Assembly: GCA_043228905.1 (NCBI GenBank)
Contig: JBHGNT010000012.1
Coordinates: forward strand, 16,492,001-16,556,000
Direction of reading: 5' to 3'
DNA from: Azolla caroliniana
Taxonomy: Eukaryota > Plantae > Polypodiophyta
DNA length: 64,000 nt
Below the pieces are notes generated by a model. It was not told the DNA's origin. It worked only from the letters and a program-made list of their open reading frames with translations, and did no database searches. The position numbers and the translations under genes are program-made. This document shows positions 10,045 through 22,488 of the stretch, piece by piece (position 1 is the first letter of the stretch; every line of letters begins with the position of its first letter).

Positions 10045-10750
10045 TGTTGGGATTTACGGTCCCTCCGGATGGGATGTCCGGAGATGAATGACGGCAAGCC
10101 CGGTTGCGGTTACGGAATAGGAGGATGAAGAGTACCCGGCTACGGAGCCGGATGATGTAAGACCCGGCTACGGAGCCGGATGTTGAAGACCCGGCATGAA
10201 GCCGGATGAAGAGTACTCGGCTACGGAGCCGGATGATGTTGAAGATCCGGCTACGGAGCCGGATGATGTATGTACCCGGAGAGAGATCCGGATGCGGGGA
10301 CATATTTGTGAATATGTTTGCCAAGGGCCCTTGTGGCTATATTTGTAAATAGCCGGAAAGTCATATGTGTATAAATATGACTTAGGGCAAACAGTTTTAT
10401 GTGGCTGCTCATTTTCTGTTTTCACTTAGAGGGAGCGAAGTGAGAGCAGCCGAGAGAGAGAGAGAGAGGGAGAGAGAAACGAGGAGGTCGTTGCCTCTGT
10501 GTATTACCGCCGCCTGTGGCGAGGACAGCGAGCTCAAGGTCGTCGCCTTGCAGCTCGCCATTGTATACTTCTCTGTATAGTGTTGGTTTGGAGTCTTGTA
10601 CTCCCGTGGTTTTTCCCGTTTAGGGTTTTCCACGTTAATCCCTGTGTTATCATGTCTTTCTCTGTGTTTCCTATTTTCTACTGCATTTGATTCGTGATTT
10701 CTCGGTTGTGGCCGAACGGTGAAGGTGAATCGGAGCGTCGATTCGCAACA
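10045..10750 (+). repeat. 3' LTR of intact Copia
   Basis: Follows the PPT; same 706-bp length as the 5' LTR. Confidence 0.97.
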
Positions 10751-13700
10751 AATTGAACCCATGACCTTGTCATTCCAAGAGTAAGCTCTTGCCAATTGAA
10801 TTATATATTTTTGTTGGTTTTAGCTTCATCCCATCAACCAACCTTTAATCTTTCATAAACTTGGTTTTTGACATTTTTCCTCTAGTGAACACACCACATC
10901 ATGACACCACATCCTTGCCACTTGGCTATGATGTATAGTTGCCACAAGTTGGCTACCATGCATGGTTATCACATAGTGTACTATAGTGAATACAATGTAC
11001 AATGTCACAACAATGAAATTCCACAATGACAATCATGAAAGGTGTAGGTAGTGTCATTGAACATAACCCTTATCATTGATAATGGCATGTGATGCCCAAC
11101 TGTGAAGTTCCAATTGTAGTTCAATTTTTTTGTTCCCAAACAAGGTTTCATGAGCCATAAAGGCCAACCTGATCTTCTCTACCCCTTTCTCAATACAAAC
11201 AAACATGTTATTAGATGCACCATAATAAAGGCACAAATTGTTCCCAAATCAATGTTAAATCTAGATAGTCATTTGGGGCTAAATTTTGGTCATGTTAACC
11301 TCTAGTAGCACCAACTTCAAGGCTTGCACAAACACCAAATCTAGTTTTAACCAATAACCCCACTCCAATGGAGATGGAGGAAACATCTAATCAAGGACCG
11401 TTATCCAATTCTTAAAAGCAACAATATGGAGCAAAGCATTTATATTTATATTATCGTGGTCTACGACACATTGAGATGAATTGTCCACATAGACCAAGAT
11501 GTGAAGTGAACCAAACAAGTGTCTATGATAATATTGTTTCCACTTCTTTGATTAGTTCTTGTTTAAATAGATTAAGTAGCCCAATATGCAACACTAGTTT
11601 GAAAGTTTCACGATGTTAAATTAATAAGTTCAGCCAATTTTTTGGAAAAAAAAAAAAGTTCAGCCAAAACCAGAGCCATTGGTTGGAAATTCCAAGATAT
11701 ATAGATACAATTCCTAACATTGATTCCATTTCATTGGATTGAGTTAACAATGTACAAATTCAGCTTAGTATATCTAGGTTTCATTTAGTACTTGCCTTCA
11801 ATATTTTAGAATCAAGAGTGAACTCTTATTTTATGGATTGAGAATTTCCTTTGACACAAAATCTTCTTGAATAAGTTCCCTAGTCTAGTGTTTATAGAAG
11901 TTATTGATGGATGAGTGTTTATAAGAGTAATTGATGTTAAAAGATATAGCTAAAAACCTCAAGCTAATTTGTGTGGTTTTTTATGGTTTTTTAAAGTCAT
12001 GAGCATTCAAGTGCATTAGGTGCTCCATCAATAGATGTCATTACATGTTGTCCCCACCAAACTATGGATGACCACAATTCAAAAATAGTTTGACGCTGCC
12101 AAATTTTTTGAGGACTTCTTCGAACTCTTCTACCTCAATCATGCTATTGAAGACAAATTGGGGAGGACTCAGTGAATGACCAACCTATCCTTTAACTACA
12201 CGACCAAGTTGTGGTCTTGATCCTACAACATTTTAACCAATATGATTTTCCCCTTCTCAATTGATTGTATTTTTTCTACAAATGAATCTTAGTTCAATTG
12301 AATCCCAACCTAATCCTATACCCAACCCTCTAGATAATCCATGTTGAGATATATCCCCTCATGAATCCATGGTGCGCAACCCCTACGACACCTTTAATTC
12401 TTCGACAATATTCACACAAGTAAATAGTTTAGTCAATGGTTTACAACCCATCCATCCATCATCTAAACAAGCATGATCTTGTATCCTTTTCCCAATATTG
12501 GCATTGTAGTAAATAGCTAAAAGGGTGTGTCTCACCTTATTCAGTTTGGTGGACTTTGTCAACCTGGAAGCAAGTTTATCGATTAGTGAAGTTTTCCCTC
12601 CACACCGATAGGTGATGGATGCGCACCGTTGTATCCGTATTGATAGTGAACCAAGCAAGAGTGGTTGTCAATCACTCTTGAGCCTCTATTTTCACAACCC
12701 TAACCTCACGAACTATCACTCACACACTCTCACGTCAACTCTTAATTAAGAAACTAGACAAATCATAGGAAGAGTTTGAAAGTTAAGCATACATTTAAAG
12801 GTAACCAATACATGTATTAATGCCAAACCCAACTCTATAATAAAAGCATACAACACAAATAGAAGAGGAGCGATTAGGGTGTAGCAAATTAGCGCTTAAC
12901 CTGAATCAATGTACTCACTTAAGAAAAAAGAGGAGTGAGTTCTACCTTACATTATAAGGGGAGAGAAAACTCAAGACAGAAGAATAGTTCCAAAAATAAC
13001 CAAAAGTGACTTTTATAGCTTTTTATAAAGAGATTTGGTCTCTTTCACATTAGGGTGGCCATTTGGCCTAAAGCTTTGAGGGCAACTTTGTTCCATCTCC
13101 GTTTTCCTTTGGTATTCCATTGAGCTCAATGCCTACGTTGGTGTCGATGTCTTCATGAATCATGTTACACACAAGGGGGCACTTAATGTTAACATATTCA
13201 CATTGCTCCAACTCTTGGCAAAGGAACCACCATTTGAGCATCCATGCTTTTGTCAATATGACCACTCATGCAAGGTGACTAAACTTTAAATCTTTCAAGG
13301 GGACCAAACTCATGCGAGACATCCAACTAACCCCCTCACTCCAACATTCAAAGACTCCAACATGCATCCTTGCCAATGCACCAATCTCCTAGAATATATG
13401 GCCTTATGGCTACTTTATTGTGGAACAGGTTAAAACATTGTTGAAAACTATAAAGATATTTATTTTGTTCCTTTTAAGGTTCCTCATAATTCTCTGAACC
13501 TTGAGTCCTTTCTTTCTCTCTCCTCATGGTTTAGTAGAAAGTGCTCCACTTAATTTTGTACAAATCACTATTATGAGTTGGCAACTAACCGCAGATTTTC
13601 ATGCATGTGTTTCGCAATTTTGTATGGTGTTCAAGTTGATTAAGGGTGTACTTTAGTTATAGTGTCATTAAGTATAATTATCACGATGGAGGTTGGATAC

Positions 13701-13809
13701 TTTAAGTATAGTTCCTCTTGAGAGTTAGCTTAGTCAGTGTAGGCTTAGAGAGCTCGACAAGCATTTTTCCACATATCGTTAGCAATAGGGCACTCTTCGT
13801 ATTAATATA

Positions 13810-15351
13810 TCACATCATGGCAGCATAAATATCACTTATACATACATATGCCCCCGCTGATCTCTCATCCAACTTTATTGCATTTTCAAAGGCAAATCTA
13901 CCCAGCCTTATATTTCCCGATGCTCTACAAGAACCCAACAATGCGTACCATGTGGGAAGATGATCAAAAGATGGCATTTTCTTGATAAGGGCCATCGCTT
14001 CGTCAAAATGCCCAACACGGCCCAATAGATTGACCATGCATGCGTGATGTTGTAAAGTTGGAACAATGCCATAGCTTGTAGACATAGTCTCAAAGTAAGT
14101 TTGGCCTTCATCAATTAGACCCGCGAAACAACATGCATTTAGAAGAACCGTAAACGTAACCAAGTTTGGTTCAATACCTTCTCTTGTCATTTGTTTGAAC
14201 AAGCCAAAAACCGTGGTATGCTCTCCGATTCTACCATACCCGGCAATCAAAGCTGTCCATGAAACTATGTTCCGGAAAGGAAGTTCCTCAAACACTTTTC
14301 TTGCTTTTGCAAGTGCGCCACATTTCGCATACATATCCACCAATGCAGTTCCAAGCATGTTATTGTTGTGTAGCAAACCCTCGCGGACAATTTTCGCATG
14401 TATTTCACTACCTTTCTCGGCCGCTCCGATGTTACCACATGCTTTCGATATGCTAAGAAATGTCACTGATTCTGGCGAGACACCCTCACATTGCATACGT
14501 TCAATACAATCCAATGCTTTCTCATCATGTCCGTGTTGGGAGTATCCCGAAACCAGAACATTCCACGAGACAACATTCCGCAATGGAAGTTCATCGAACA
14601 CTTGTTCCGCCTCGACAAGCTTTGCACATTTGGCATACATATCGACCAACGCATTCCCAAGAATAGCATTTCTTCCCAACAAGCCCTGTCTCAAGATCTC
14701 GGAATGTATTTCTCGGCCTTTTCCGAGTGCTCCGATGCTACCACAAGCTTTCAATGTGCAAACAAATGTGATAGTATCAGGAGTGAGACCCTGGCACTGC
14801 ACCTGGCGAAAGCAATCAAGAGCTTTCTCGGCATGTTTGGCACCATGAGAGGAGTATCCAGAGATTAGGGCATTCCAAGAAGCCACATCATGATATAATA
14901 ACTCATCGAACACTCTTTGAGCATGCTCTAGCTCACCACATCGACAATACATATCGACCAATGAAGTAGCAAGCACAACATCTCTTTCCAACAACATTTC
15001 GTGTTGTCTCGATGTAACCTCTGTATGTATTTCCTTCCCTTTTTCAAGTTGCATCATGTGGCCACAAGCTCTTAAAAGGCATGACAAAGTTACCGAATTA
15101 GGCAAGCCTCCTTCGTGTAGAATCCGTCGGAACCGATCGAATGCTGCCATGTTATGGCCATTTTTGACATATCCAGCAATGAGAGATGTCCATGAGATGA
15201 CACTTCGAGACGAAAGCTCATCGAAAACTTGTTGGGCAGCTGCCATGTCCCCAGATTTCGCATGCTTAGCCAACAAAGCATTTCTTGTAGAAGTGGAATG
15301 TTTCGACAAACCCTCGCTTATTACCATGAACTTTGCTTCCTTCATACACAT
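13810..15351 (-). CDS. PLS-class pentatricopeptide repeat protein with truncated E domain and no DYW (possibly 5'-disrupted)
   Basis: Intronless 513-aa ORF of repeated P-L-S triplets (VSWNALISGY, PDTITFVCTLKAC, GNALVDMYAKC), ending in an E-type region (W.ALLGSCR...AGAYVCISDIYAA). Confidence 0.88.
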   Translation of the reverse strand: MCMKEAKFMVISEGLSKHSTSTRNALLAKHAKSGDMAAAQQVFDELSSRSVISWTSLIAGYVKNGHNMAAFDRFRRILHEGGLPNSVTLSCLLRACGHMMQLEKGKEIHTEVTSRQHEMLLERDVVLATSLVDMYCRCGELEHAQRVFDELLYHDVASWNALISGYSSHGAKHAEKALDCFRQVQCQGLTPDTITFVCTLKACGSIGALGKGREIHSEILRQGLLGRNAILGNALVDMYAKCAKLVEAEQVFDELPLRNVVSWNVLVSGYSQHGHDEKALDCIERMQCEGVSPESVTFLSISKACGNIGAAEKGSEIHAKIVREGLLHNNNMLGTALVDMYAKCGALAKARKVFEELPFRNIVSWTALIAGYGRIGEHTTVFGLFKQMTREGIEPNLVTFTVLLNACCFAGLIDEGQTYFETMSTSYGIVPTLQHHACMVNLLGRVGHFDEAMALIKKMPSFDHLPTWYALLGSCRASGNIRLGRFAFENAIKLDERSAGAYVCISDIYAAMM

Positions 15352-15867
15352 CCAGCTTATGCTTAGGTCAAAGATTCAATGCCTCCACAGAGTAATCACT
15401 ATCATATCCTCTCCCCTTGGAATGAGCACCTCCACAATTGCCCCCATAATTGTTCTCTGTATTAAATCTCTTAAAAAAAACTGATTCCTTTTCTCACATT
15501 TATGTACAAAAAAAGGAGACAATTCTTCATCTTTCCAGTTGCTCTTCCTTAACCCAAAATCGCTGGAAAAGAAAAGAAAAAAGTTGCGTCTTTGCCACAA
15601 ATTATGCACGAAAGCTTGTTCATAATTTCACCTTTTCTGACCCAAGGTAATGCGTATATTTTATGTGTATAAAGTACAGAAGAGATACATATGTATATGT
15701 ACATACATATATAGCACTTTGCTTACACCGCCATCATCAAATCTTGAAACCTTCACAGCTCAAAAACAGAGCTCCAAGCTACAGAAGTAAGCAATCCATG
15801 TCCTACTCTGTTTTACTGTTATTATTTACAGACTAAAGGAAATCCCATCTAATGTCTGGTACGCAAA

Positions 15868-15869
<2 letters not shown>

Positions 15870-15906
<37 letters not shown>

Positions 15907-15951
15907 TACATACATACATACATACATACACACATACACACATACATACAC

Positions 15952-15998
<47 letters not shown>

Positions 15999-16007
15999 TA
16001 CATACAT

Positions 16008-16045
<38 letters not shown>
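15870..16045. repeat. Compound (CA)n/(CATA)n microsatellite
   Basis: Directly visible. Confidence 0.97.
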
Positions 16046-17368
16046 TGCATGCATCATAGATGTGTCTTTTTGTGATGGTGGCATTGGTGGTGTTTGCTTC
16101 TTCTTAGGAATGCCTCTCTCCATGGGGCTATTCTATTACGCTCTTCGGATGCACACATGTGTCACATGTCTCGCCCGCCCGATTGAAAGAGCCTTCTCCA
16201 ATTGCTGGTTCGCACCGACGTGTCGAAGAGAGGACACCAAGATAAATTGGATTCAACAAGAAAAGGAACTACGTCATTTGATAAGAATTTGCGTCTCCCT
16301 TTGTCTGATTGCGTGGCACATTATTGATTGGCCTCGTTGCAACAATAAATCAATCAAACAAGCAAACTTAGCATGATGATTGGAAACAACTTGCTTTTGT
16401 TCATTGGTTGGATTCCACATGGCTAACTCATAAATGTGCTTTATGGCTACTCTTTGTGAACTGGGCTCATTCTCTAATTGGTTCAATGATGGTGGTGCGA
16501 ATGTGTAACTCATTGGCGAGACCAAGTGTCGTAGTACAATACTAGGGAATGTGATGTTTATTGGTGATGAAAGGGAGTGGAACTCGTTGCAAAAGTGAGA
16601 ATGTGTGGGATGACAAATGCATAGGTGAGCATGGAGTTAGAGATGGTGATGATACAAGTGAAGGTGTGTCTATAAGGTGTTTATTACCTTTTTGCCAAGA
16701 GATGATGTGCATATTTAGTAAGGGAGATAAAAGAAATCAATATAAACAAGAGAGTGAGGGCTGGACAAACAAATAGGTTCTATTATTTGACCTAGAGATA
16801 ATAGTTTATCAACCAATCTAGCATTACTTGTGTAAGTACAAAAATCACTAAATCTTTAACATTTGTGAAAGCTTGAAAACACCCTATTAGCCATCAAGGC
16901 ATGTTGGCCTTCTCTTTAACCATTCCATATTCCCCCATAATGTCTTCATTACATCATGGGTTGACTACTTCCATACCCCATTTTTTGGCCACCTTCTCAA
17001 TAATTGGTTTCTCCTTCATTACATTTCCTATGCTAGTATTCAACTCAATTGACAAAGGTTTGAATTCAAAACATCGCAAAATAGGGATGCCATGCTTAAA
17101 TTTAAGTGGCCTATTCAAAGAATGCACTTTGGGACAAACTGTTGAGATGACGAAATTGCTATGATCACAAAAATATGGTATGTCACAAACTTTTAAGCTC
17201 ATGATGAGGTATAGTGCGGAAATCCTTTAATAATTTCTAAAAGGAGACGATGCTTGGCTAGCATATTAGTGCATTCCAAAAAGTAAGTTTAACAAAGACA
17301 TGAAGATTGACGATCTATACATTTATTTTCGATGCATGGTAGCTCAACAAGATCGTCATGATCATCCA

Positions 17369-17917
17369 TCAAAAACACAATTCCAATGTTGTTGGTTCAA
17401 CTTTCCATGGGACTTCAACTAAAACTCTTCCATCACCAGAATTATAAATGAAATTGGTGATATCCCCATCTAAGTTGCATATTTTGGGTTGACAAGACGC
17501 ATACACACAAAATTGCCCCTCACCCCTAACTTTCATCACAAGGTTTCCGTTCAAGTCAAAGCTCTCAACACATCCTCCAGAATTCATCATATTGAGTAGG
17601 CCAATTGGAGCAAAATATACATCTTTCGCAATATCTTGCAAAAGCGGAGCCATAGTTAATATATCATATTCTAGAGGCTTCAATGTCATGTTTATGCTCT
17701 CATTCATATCTAGTATGAAAATCTTATCGAATTTCTTCGAATACATTGCAAAAGAGCCCCTATCATGTTTGACGGAAGATCCATGATTCCACTCAATGTC
17801 TTGAGGAGACACATAGGTAGAACATGGTACGCAATGAACGGGTGATGGCAACATGTCACGCTTTTCACGACACCAACCACCTCCTTGACAGTTAAAAGCC
17901 CCAACCACGCCTCCACA
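17369..17917 (-). CDS. GH36 gene exon 4
   Basis: TTGTAG|TGTGGAGGC; encodes CGGVVGAFNCQGGGW...FAPIGL...ELCF-stop. Confidence 0.9.
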   Translation of the reverse strand, partial: CGGVVGAFNCQGGGWCREKRDMLPSPVHCVPCSTYVSPQDIEWNHGSSVKHDRGSFAMYSKKFDKIFILDMNESINMTLKPLEYDILTMAPLLQDIAKDVYFAPIGLLNMMNSGGCVESFDLNGNLVMKVRGEGQFCVYASCQPKICNLDGDITNFIYNSGDGRVLVEVPWKVEPTTLELCF

Positions 17918-20900
17918 CTACAAGAGATATAAACAACCACCAAAAAACATATATCAAAATAAACCCTAACCATACCTCAACATTAACTGCAACAAATAAA
18001 CACATGCATTCCTAAGGAAAAAAAAACATTTACCTTGTTGAAATTCCATATCTTCAAGATGGTCATTCCATCATGCACTGGATCCAAGAATAAACAATCT
18101 CGCGTCGGTAAAGCAAAATTTGAACACCGAGGTATGGCTCCATTAGGAAATACAATTTGCTTCAATAAAGCAAAATCATGTTCTCCAGGCTTATCGCTCA
18201 CGTATATAGGACCGCCAGAGATCGCTCTGGAAGCCGCATGGAAATATGCAGCAGGATGCGTGGTTTGAAACATGTCCCAATCTGGATATATGAATTGTCC
18301 AATCCATAGACTATTATATGCACAATGGATCATATGTAAGCCTTGCAACCATAGCGAAGGGGTTCCATTCTTATCTTCTGGCCAAAAATCATCACCTAAA
18401 TGGATATAATCAAAATGTCATTTCTCCTATATGAGAACAATTACAATCATACAATGTTGGAATAAAAACCTAGAAACAAGTTTCAGTTTGATTTGCATAC
18501 TTGCAAATTTTACAAGCCACCTTTGAGTTTTGTAGAACATATACTTTTTAAGAGATTCTAAAATGGAAATACTCTTCAGATTTTGATAACCTTTCTCCTG
18601 AGAAAATTTCCGAATTATGAACAAACGTTTTTGCGCTTTTTTGGAAAAAAAATGTCTCTCTCCAACCACCACATTATCTCATGAACAGAGGATAACCCTA
18701 AATCCTGAATAACACACAAATTATAAATGAAATTGTTTTTTAATCTTATGTAAAAAAAGTTTTTCTTTTACCCGAGGAATCATACCAAGACTGAAAAGCT
18801 AACTTGAAACCCAAAACCGTAAACCTAATCGCATGTTGTAAGTAGCTATTGGCCCTGTTTTGGCTCAAACCGAACCGAACCGTTAAGCCATGGTTTAACG
18901 GTTTATCGGTTCCAAAAAAAACTTTAATGGTTTGGATTATTAATAAACGGTTTGGTTTGGTACTAAAACTTGGGTTTATCGGTTTATAGATTTAAGTGGT
19001 TTGGTTTAAAGGTTTATTGGTTAGCTTTTTTCCCCTCTTAATGGTTTATTAATGTTTTTTTTATTGATTTAATTCACATGACTGAAATGCTTATTTAATT
19101 TAATGGTTTAATTAAAGTTTTTTATTGATTTAATAAATTTAACTTACATGCTCATTTAAAAGTTTAAATAGTTCGACTTTAATGGTTAGGTTCAATTTTT
19201 TTATTAAATGGTTCGGTTCGGTTTCAACTTTTCCATTAAAACGGTTTTGGTTTAAATGCTTTGAAAGTTCATAAACTGTTTGGTTTGGTTTTTGTTTTAT
19301 CTAAATGGTTTAGTTTGATTTGAAGGCAAAGAAACCGAACTGAACCGAAACTGAATTGGGCCCATTGCTAATTGTAAGGGAGATCTAAGAGAAAACAACG
19401 GCTAGGTAACCCTTTTCACATTCATTTTGAAAACCAGGAAATGACCACATTGATCCAACAACAACTTACCAACTCGACCCAACGATATCTGCTCTGTTCC
19501 GAGCAACATGAATTCGTTACAGTGTTGCATGCTGGCTATTGCTCCAGTTCCACCAAAGTTCTTCCGTAATGACTTTGCAAATGCCCCGTGATATTTACGA
19601 GCAAGTTCCACCCTTCCCCCATAGTTCTCTGATAGCATCTCCAAAGCCTACATAAGTACAAACACCTCTTAATGTTGTTACTTTCTACAAATACTTGTCA
19701 CATAACCCATGCACAGCAATTCTATTAATGTTGCAATTCTCTAGTTAATTTGCATAGATTCATTCCGAAACCATGAGATAAGTAAGAAATCTCTTAACGC
19801 TGCTAATCTATGTGACTTCAGAGCATAATTGCGCACGATCTCCTATACATTCATGGGACATTATGCACATTCATTGTAAAGGAAAGGGTAAGCACCATAT
19901 CTCATACTGTGTGCAAAATCTCTTAATGTTGAAAATCTCTTAAACTTGGTTAAGTTTGATTGCAAATCTTACATAAGCACAATTTCTCTAAAGGTTGATA
20001 GTTTGTACACATTCATTTGCACAATTATGCACAAAATTTCATCACTTGATTAAAACTTACAGCACAAATATGTATATTAAATCCAAATCCTTCATAACCA
20101 TATCACGAAATCTGAACTTTCGTACCTTCATTGCAAAGCTATCCAAATTAACAGAGGAACTAATTAGGTTAGCTACCTAGTGTGTGGCACACCATATCAG
20201 TTATCATTGCGATTCACAACGAAACTAAGAACCATAAGACTTGCCTGTATCACATCCAGCTTCACTCCCGAAACTCCAGTCCGAGCAAGATAAGAATGCA
20301 TGCGATCATAAAACTCGAATGCATTTTCGGGTGGAATGATCCCGATCAAGTCATCAACAAGCATATCAACTGCAAGATCTTCCATTGTAGTTATCAAGCC
20401 CGGTGACCTCACGGGTTGCTCAAGCACAGAACCAAATGATTCCTCGGCATCAGTCCTTACCCCTCCCCAGTAACCGAGCAATGCATGCCATACATATACA
20501 TCCTCTAATGCCACAAACTCCTGTTTCAAATCACCTATGAAAGCTTTCAAACCAGTGCAGCTTTCATTATTACCGTCCTCCTTTCCATTATATTTGGTTT
20601 TTCTTGGTCCACAATTATGTGGTTGGATTGATAATTCAATGCCATTCACCGGAGATGCATGACCCTCTGTTTCATGCATCAAATTGTGGCTGGTACTTGT
20701 ATGAACTTCAGGTATCAAATCAGGATTGTTATTAGCATGGATTTCATATATAAAACCATGGTCACGGTTGTTAATAGCATGAACATCATGTGTCAGATCA
20801 GGATGGTTGTGACTAGCATGATCATCACGTACCGAATCACGGTTATTGCCAATCACATAATTATCATGTATGAAATCGTGGTGGTTGTCAGTAGCACGAA

Positions 20901-21889
20901 CATTAGTATTGCAATTAGTTGCACCCATATCTGGCATGCTAATGCAATTTAAACCTACTACTACTTCTTCTTCTTCTTTGATCATCATCTTCTTTTGAAG
21001 ATTACTTTTGATATAGCCGGAGAACTTTTCATTCTCTTGTATCTTACTAAGTCTACATGGCATTTGGTCGCCGGCTTTAGTATATCCGGTGGCATCGACC
21101 GAAGGATCATCATGATTAAAGCTAATGGATTGCCATCCATCATCAATAATAACAAACTTTGGGGGAAAACCACCATCGGTAAGAGACTTTATACCATCCC
21201 AAATACCCTGAGGATCCACTCTCAGATAGAAAGCATCCCATGTGCACCAACCAAAATGGTTCACTATTGGAGGGATTAGATGGTTCTTGTCTTCCAGTAG
21301 AGTGAAAGTGCCCAAATGAGCATGAATGACCCTCATGGCATCTTTAACTAACATGAAAGGATCAATACAAGCATGAACATAGACACAAGACGTGAATGAA
21401 GATTGGCTTACCTTAGAAGATCCACTTTCGACACACACATTTACATTATCTTCCTCCCCTGCTTCTAAAGTAGCCACAAATCTGCCTTCATATATGGGAA
21501 CCACTGCTATATAGGGGTATCCTTTGATCCCATCATCACGACCTTTCTGATGGGTGTCTAGGATCAACAGTTGGGTTTCTCTCTCTACATCGCAGCCGTT
21601 CATTCCCACCCACTGTGTTGTCCACCATACTTTGAACCTGAAAATGCTTGTGAATCTTGTCTCAAGTAGCTTCCCTAGAGAGAAGACATGTCTGGACTTT
21701 TCAGCTGTTGCTTTGAACCCTAGAAAAGCACCTTCTGAGGTTGCTGATGAGCAGAGATGAGATGGGGAAGGTTCTGCTCCCGTTGGGCAGAGGGAGGAAA
21801 CTGGGGAGATGGTGACATGGAGAGGTACTTCATGTAAGAAAGGTCTCCCATGGTATTGTAAAGCTCTCTGGTTAGATATCACAAAACCA

Positions 21890-21921
<32 letters not shown>

Positions 21922-21924
21922 CAT
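17369..21924 (-). CDS. Raffinose/stachyose synthase family galactosyltransferase (GH36, SIP/RS family), 4 exons, about 922 aa
   Basis: Exons 21924-20245, 19647-19470, 18395-18034 and 17917-17369 join in frame. Motifs FRFKVWW, FGWCTWDAF, IIDDGWQ, YVWHALLGYWGG, GVKLDVIQ, ASMQHCN, RVGDDFW, PDWDMF, AISGGPIYVSD. Confidence 0.93.
18034..18395 (-). CDS. GH36 gene exon 3
   Basis: TTTAG|GTGATGATTTTTGG...AACAAG|GTAAAT; encodes GDDFW...KIWNFNK. Confidence 0.9.
18843..19370. mobile_element. hAT-type MITE in intron 2 of the GH36 gene
   Basis: 13-bp imperfect TIRs (TAGCTATTGGCCC and GGGCCCATTGCTA); 8-bp TSD GTTGTAAG/ATTGTAAG (7 of 8 match); subterminal AAACCG/CGGTTT repeats. Confidence 0.75.
19470..19647 (-). 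CDS. GH36 gene exon 2
   Basis: TGTAG|GCTTTGGAG...GTTG|GTAAGT; encodes ALEMLSENYGGRVELA...GRV. Confidence 0.9.
20245..21924 (-). CDS. GH36 gene exon 1
   Basis: ATG at 21924 followed by poly-Ser; ends KLDVIQ at a GC donor (CAG|GCAAGT); 1680 nt, phase 0. Confidence 0.85.
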
Positions 21925-22304
21925 ACTGAAGAAGAAAATTGTGCAGGAAATTGGATTTGAACTTGGATTGATGGATATAATGAAGCAAGGAGGAAAGAAA
22001 GATCAAAAAAGAAGAAGAAGAAGAAGGGAATGGAATGATTTGATTGAATGGTGATGATTATGCAGCAAGCTGCTTCCATTTGTTGTATAAAAGAAAGAAA
22101 GAAAAAGGACAATGAAATTGGAAGGAACCAGAAAGAAAAAAATGGTGGCAGAATTTTGGGTGACAACATCAGGAAAACCCTAAAAAACAAAAAGCTAAAA
22201 GAAAAAAACAGGAAAGAAAAAAAAATGGTGACTAGCTGCTAGAACAATCTCTCTCTCTCTCTCTCTCTCTCTCATGTGTCACCTCCTTCCTAATCAAGCC
22301 TAAC

Positions 22305-22488
22305 TAAGCTAATTAGGTCACACACTCGGACCAAGCTCTAACCTAATAAGCTAATTAGGTCACACATTCGGACCAAGCTCTAACCTGATAAGCTAATTAG
22401 GTCACACACTTGGACCAAGCTCTAACCTGATAAGCTAATAATTAGGTCACACACTTTGACCCAACTCTAACCTGATTAGGTCACACAC
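22305..22488. repeat. 41-bp minisatellite, about 4.5 copies, upstream of the GH36 gene
   Basis: Unit TAAGCTAATTAGGTCACACACTCGGACCAAGCTCTAACCTRA repeated head to tail. Confidence 0.9.

Larger units (their letters stand above)
5224..10750 (+). mobile_element. Intact full-length Ty1/Copia LTR retrotransposon (Tork/Tnt1-like)
   Basis: 706-bp LTRs (5224-5929, 10045-10750) with TG...CA ends; TSD AATTG at 5219-5223 and 10751-10755; iMet PBS 5933-5944; PPT GAAGGGGGAG 10033-10042; single uninterrupted polyprotein ORF. Confidence 0.98.

Noticed and set aside
12380-13450. Possible old LTR or Gypsy remnant (similar candidates at 16380-17300, 22600-23400 and 29100-29900)
   Set aside because: No termini, TSD or diagnostic protein motif that I could verify
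15826-16376. ORFs rich in HT, CV or YVCM repeats
   Set aside because: Translation artefacts of the CA/CATA microsatellite
22305-22488. CRISPR-like array
   Set aside because: Head-to-tail units with no unique spacers
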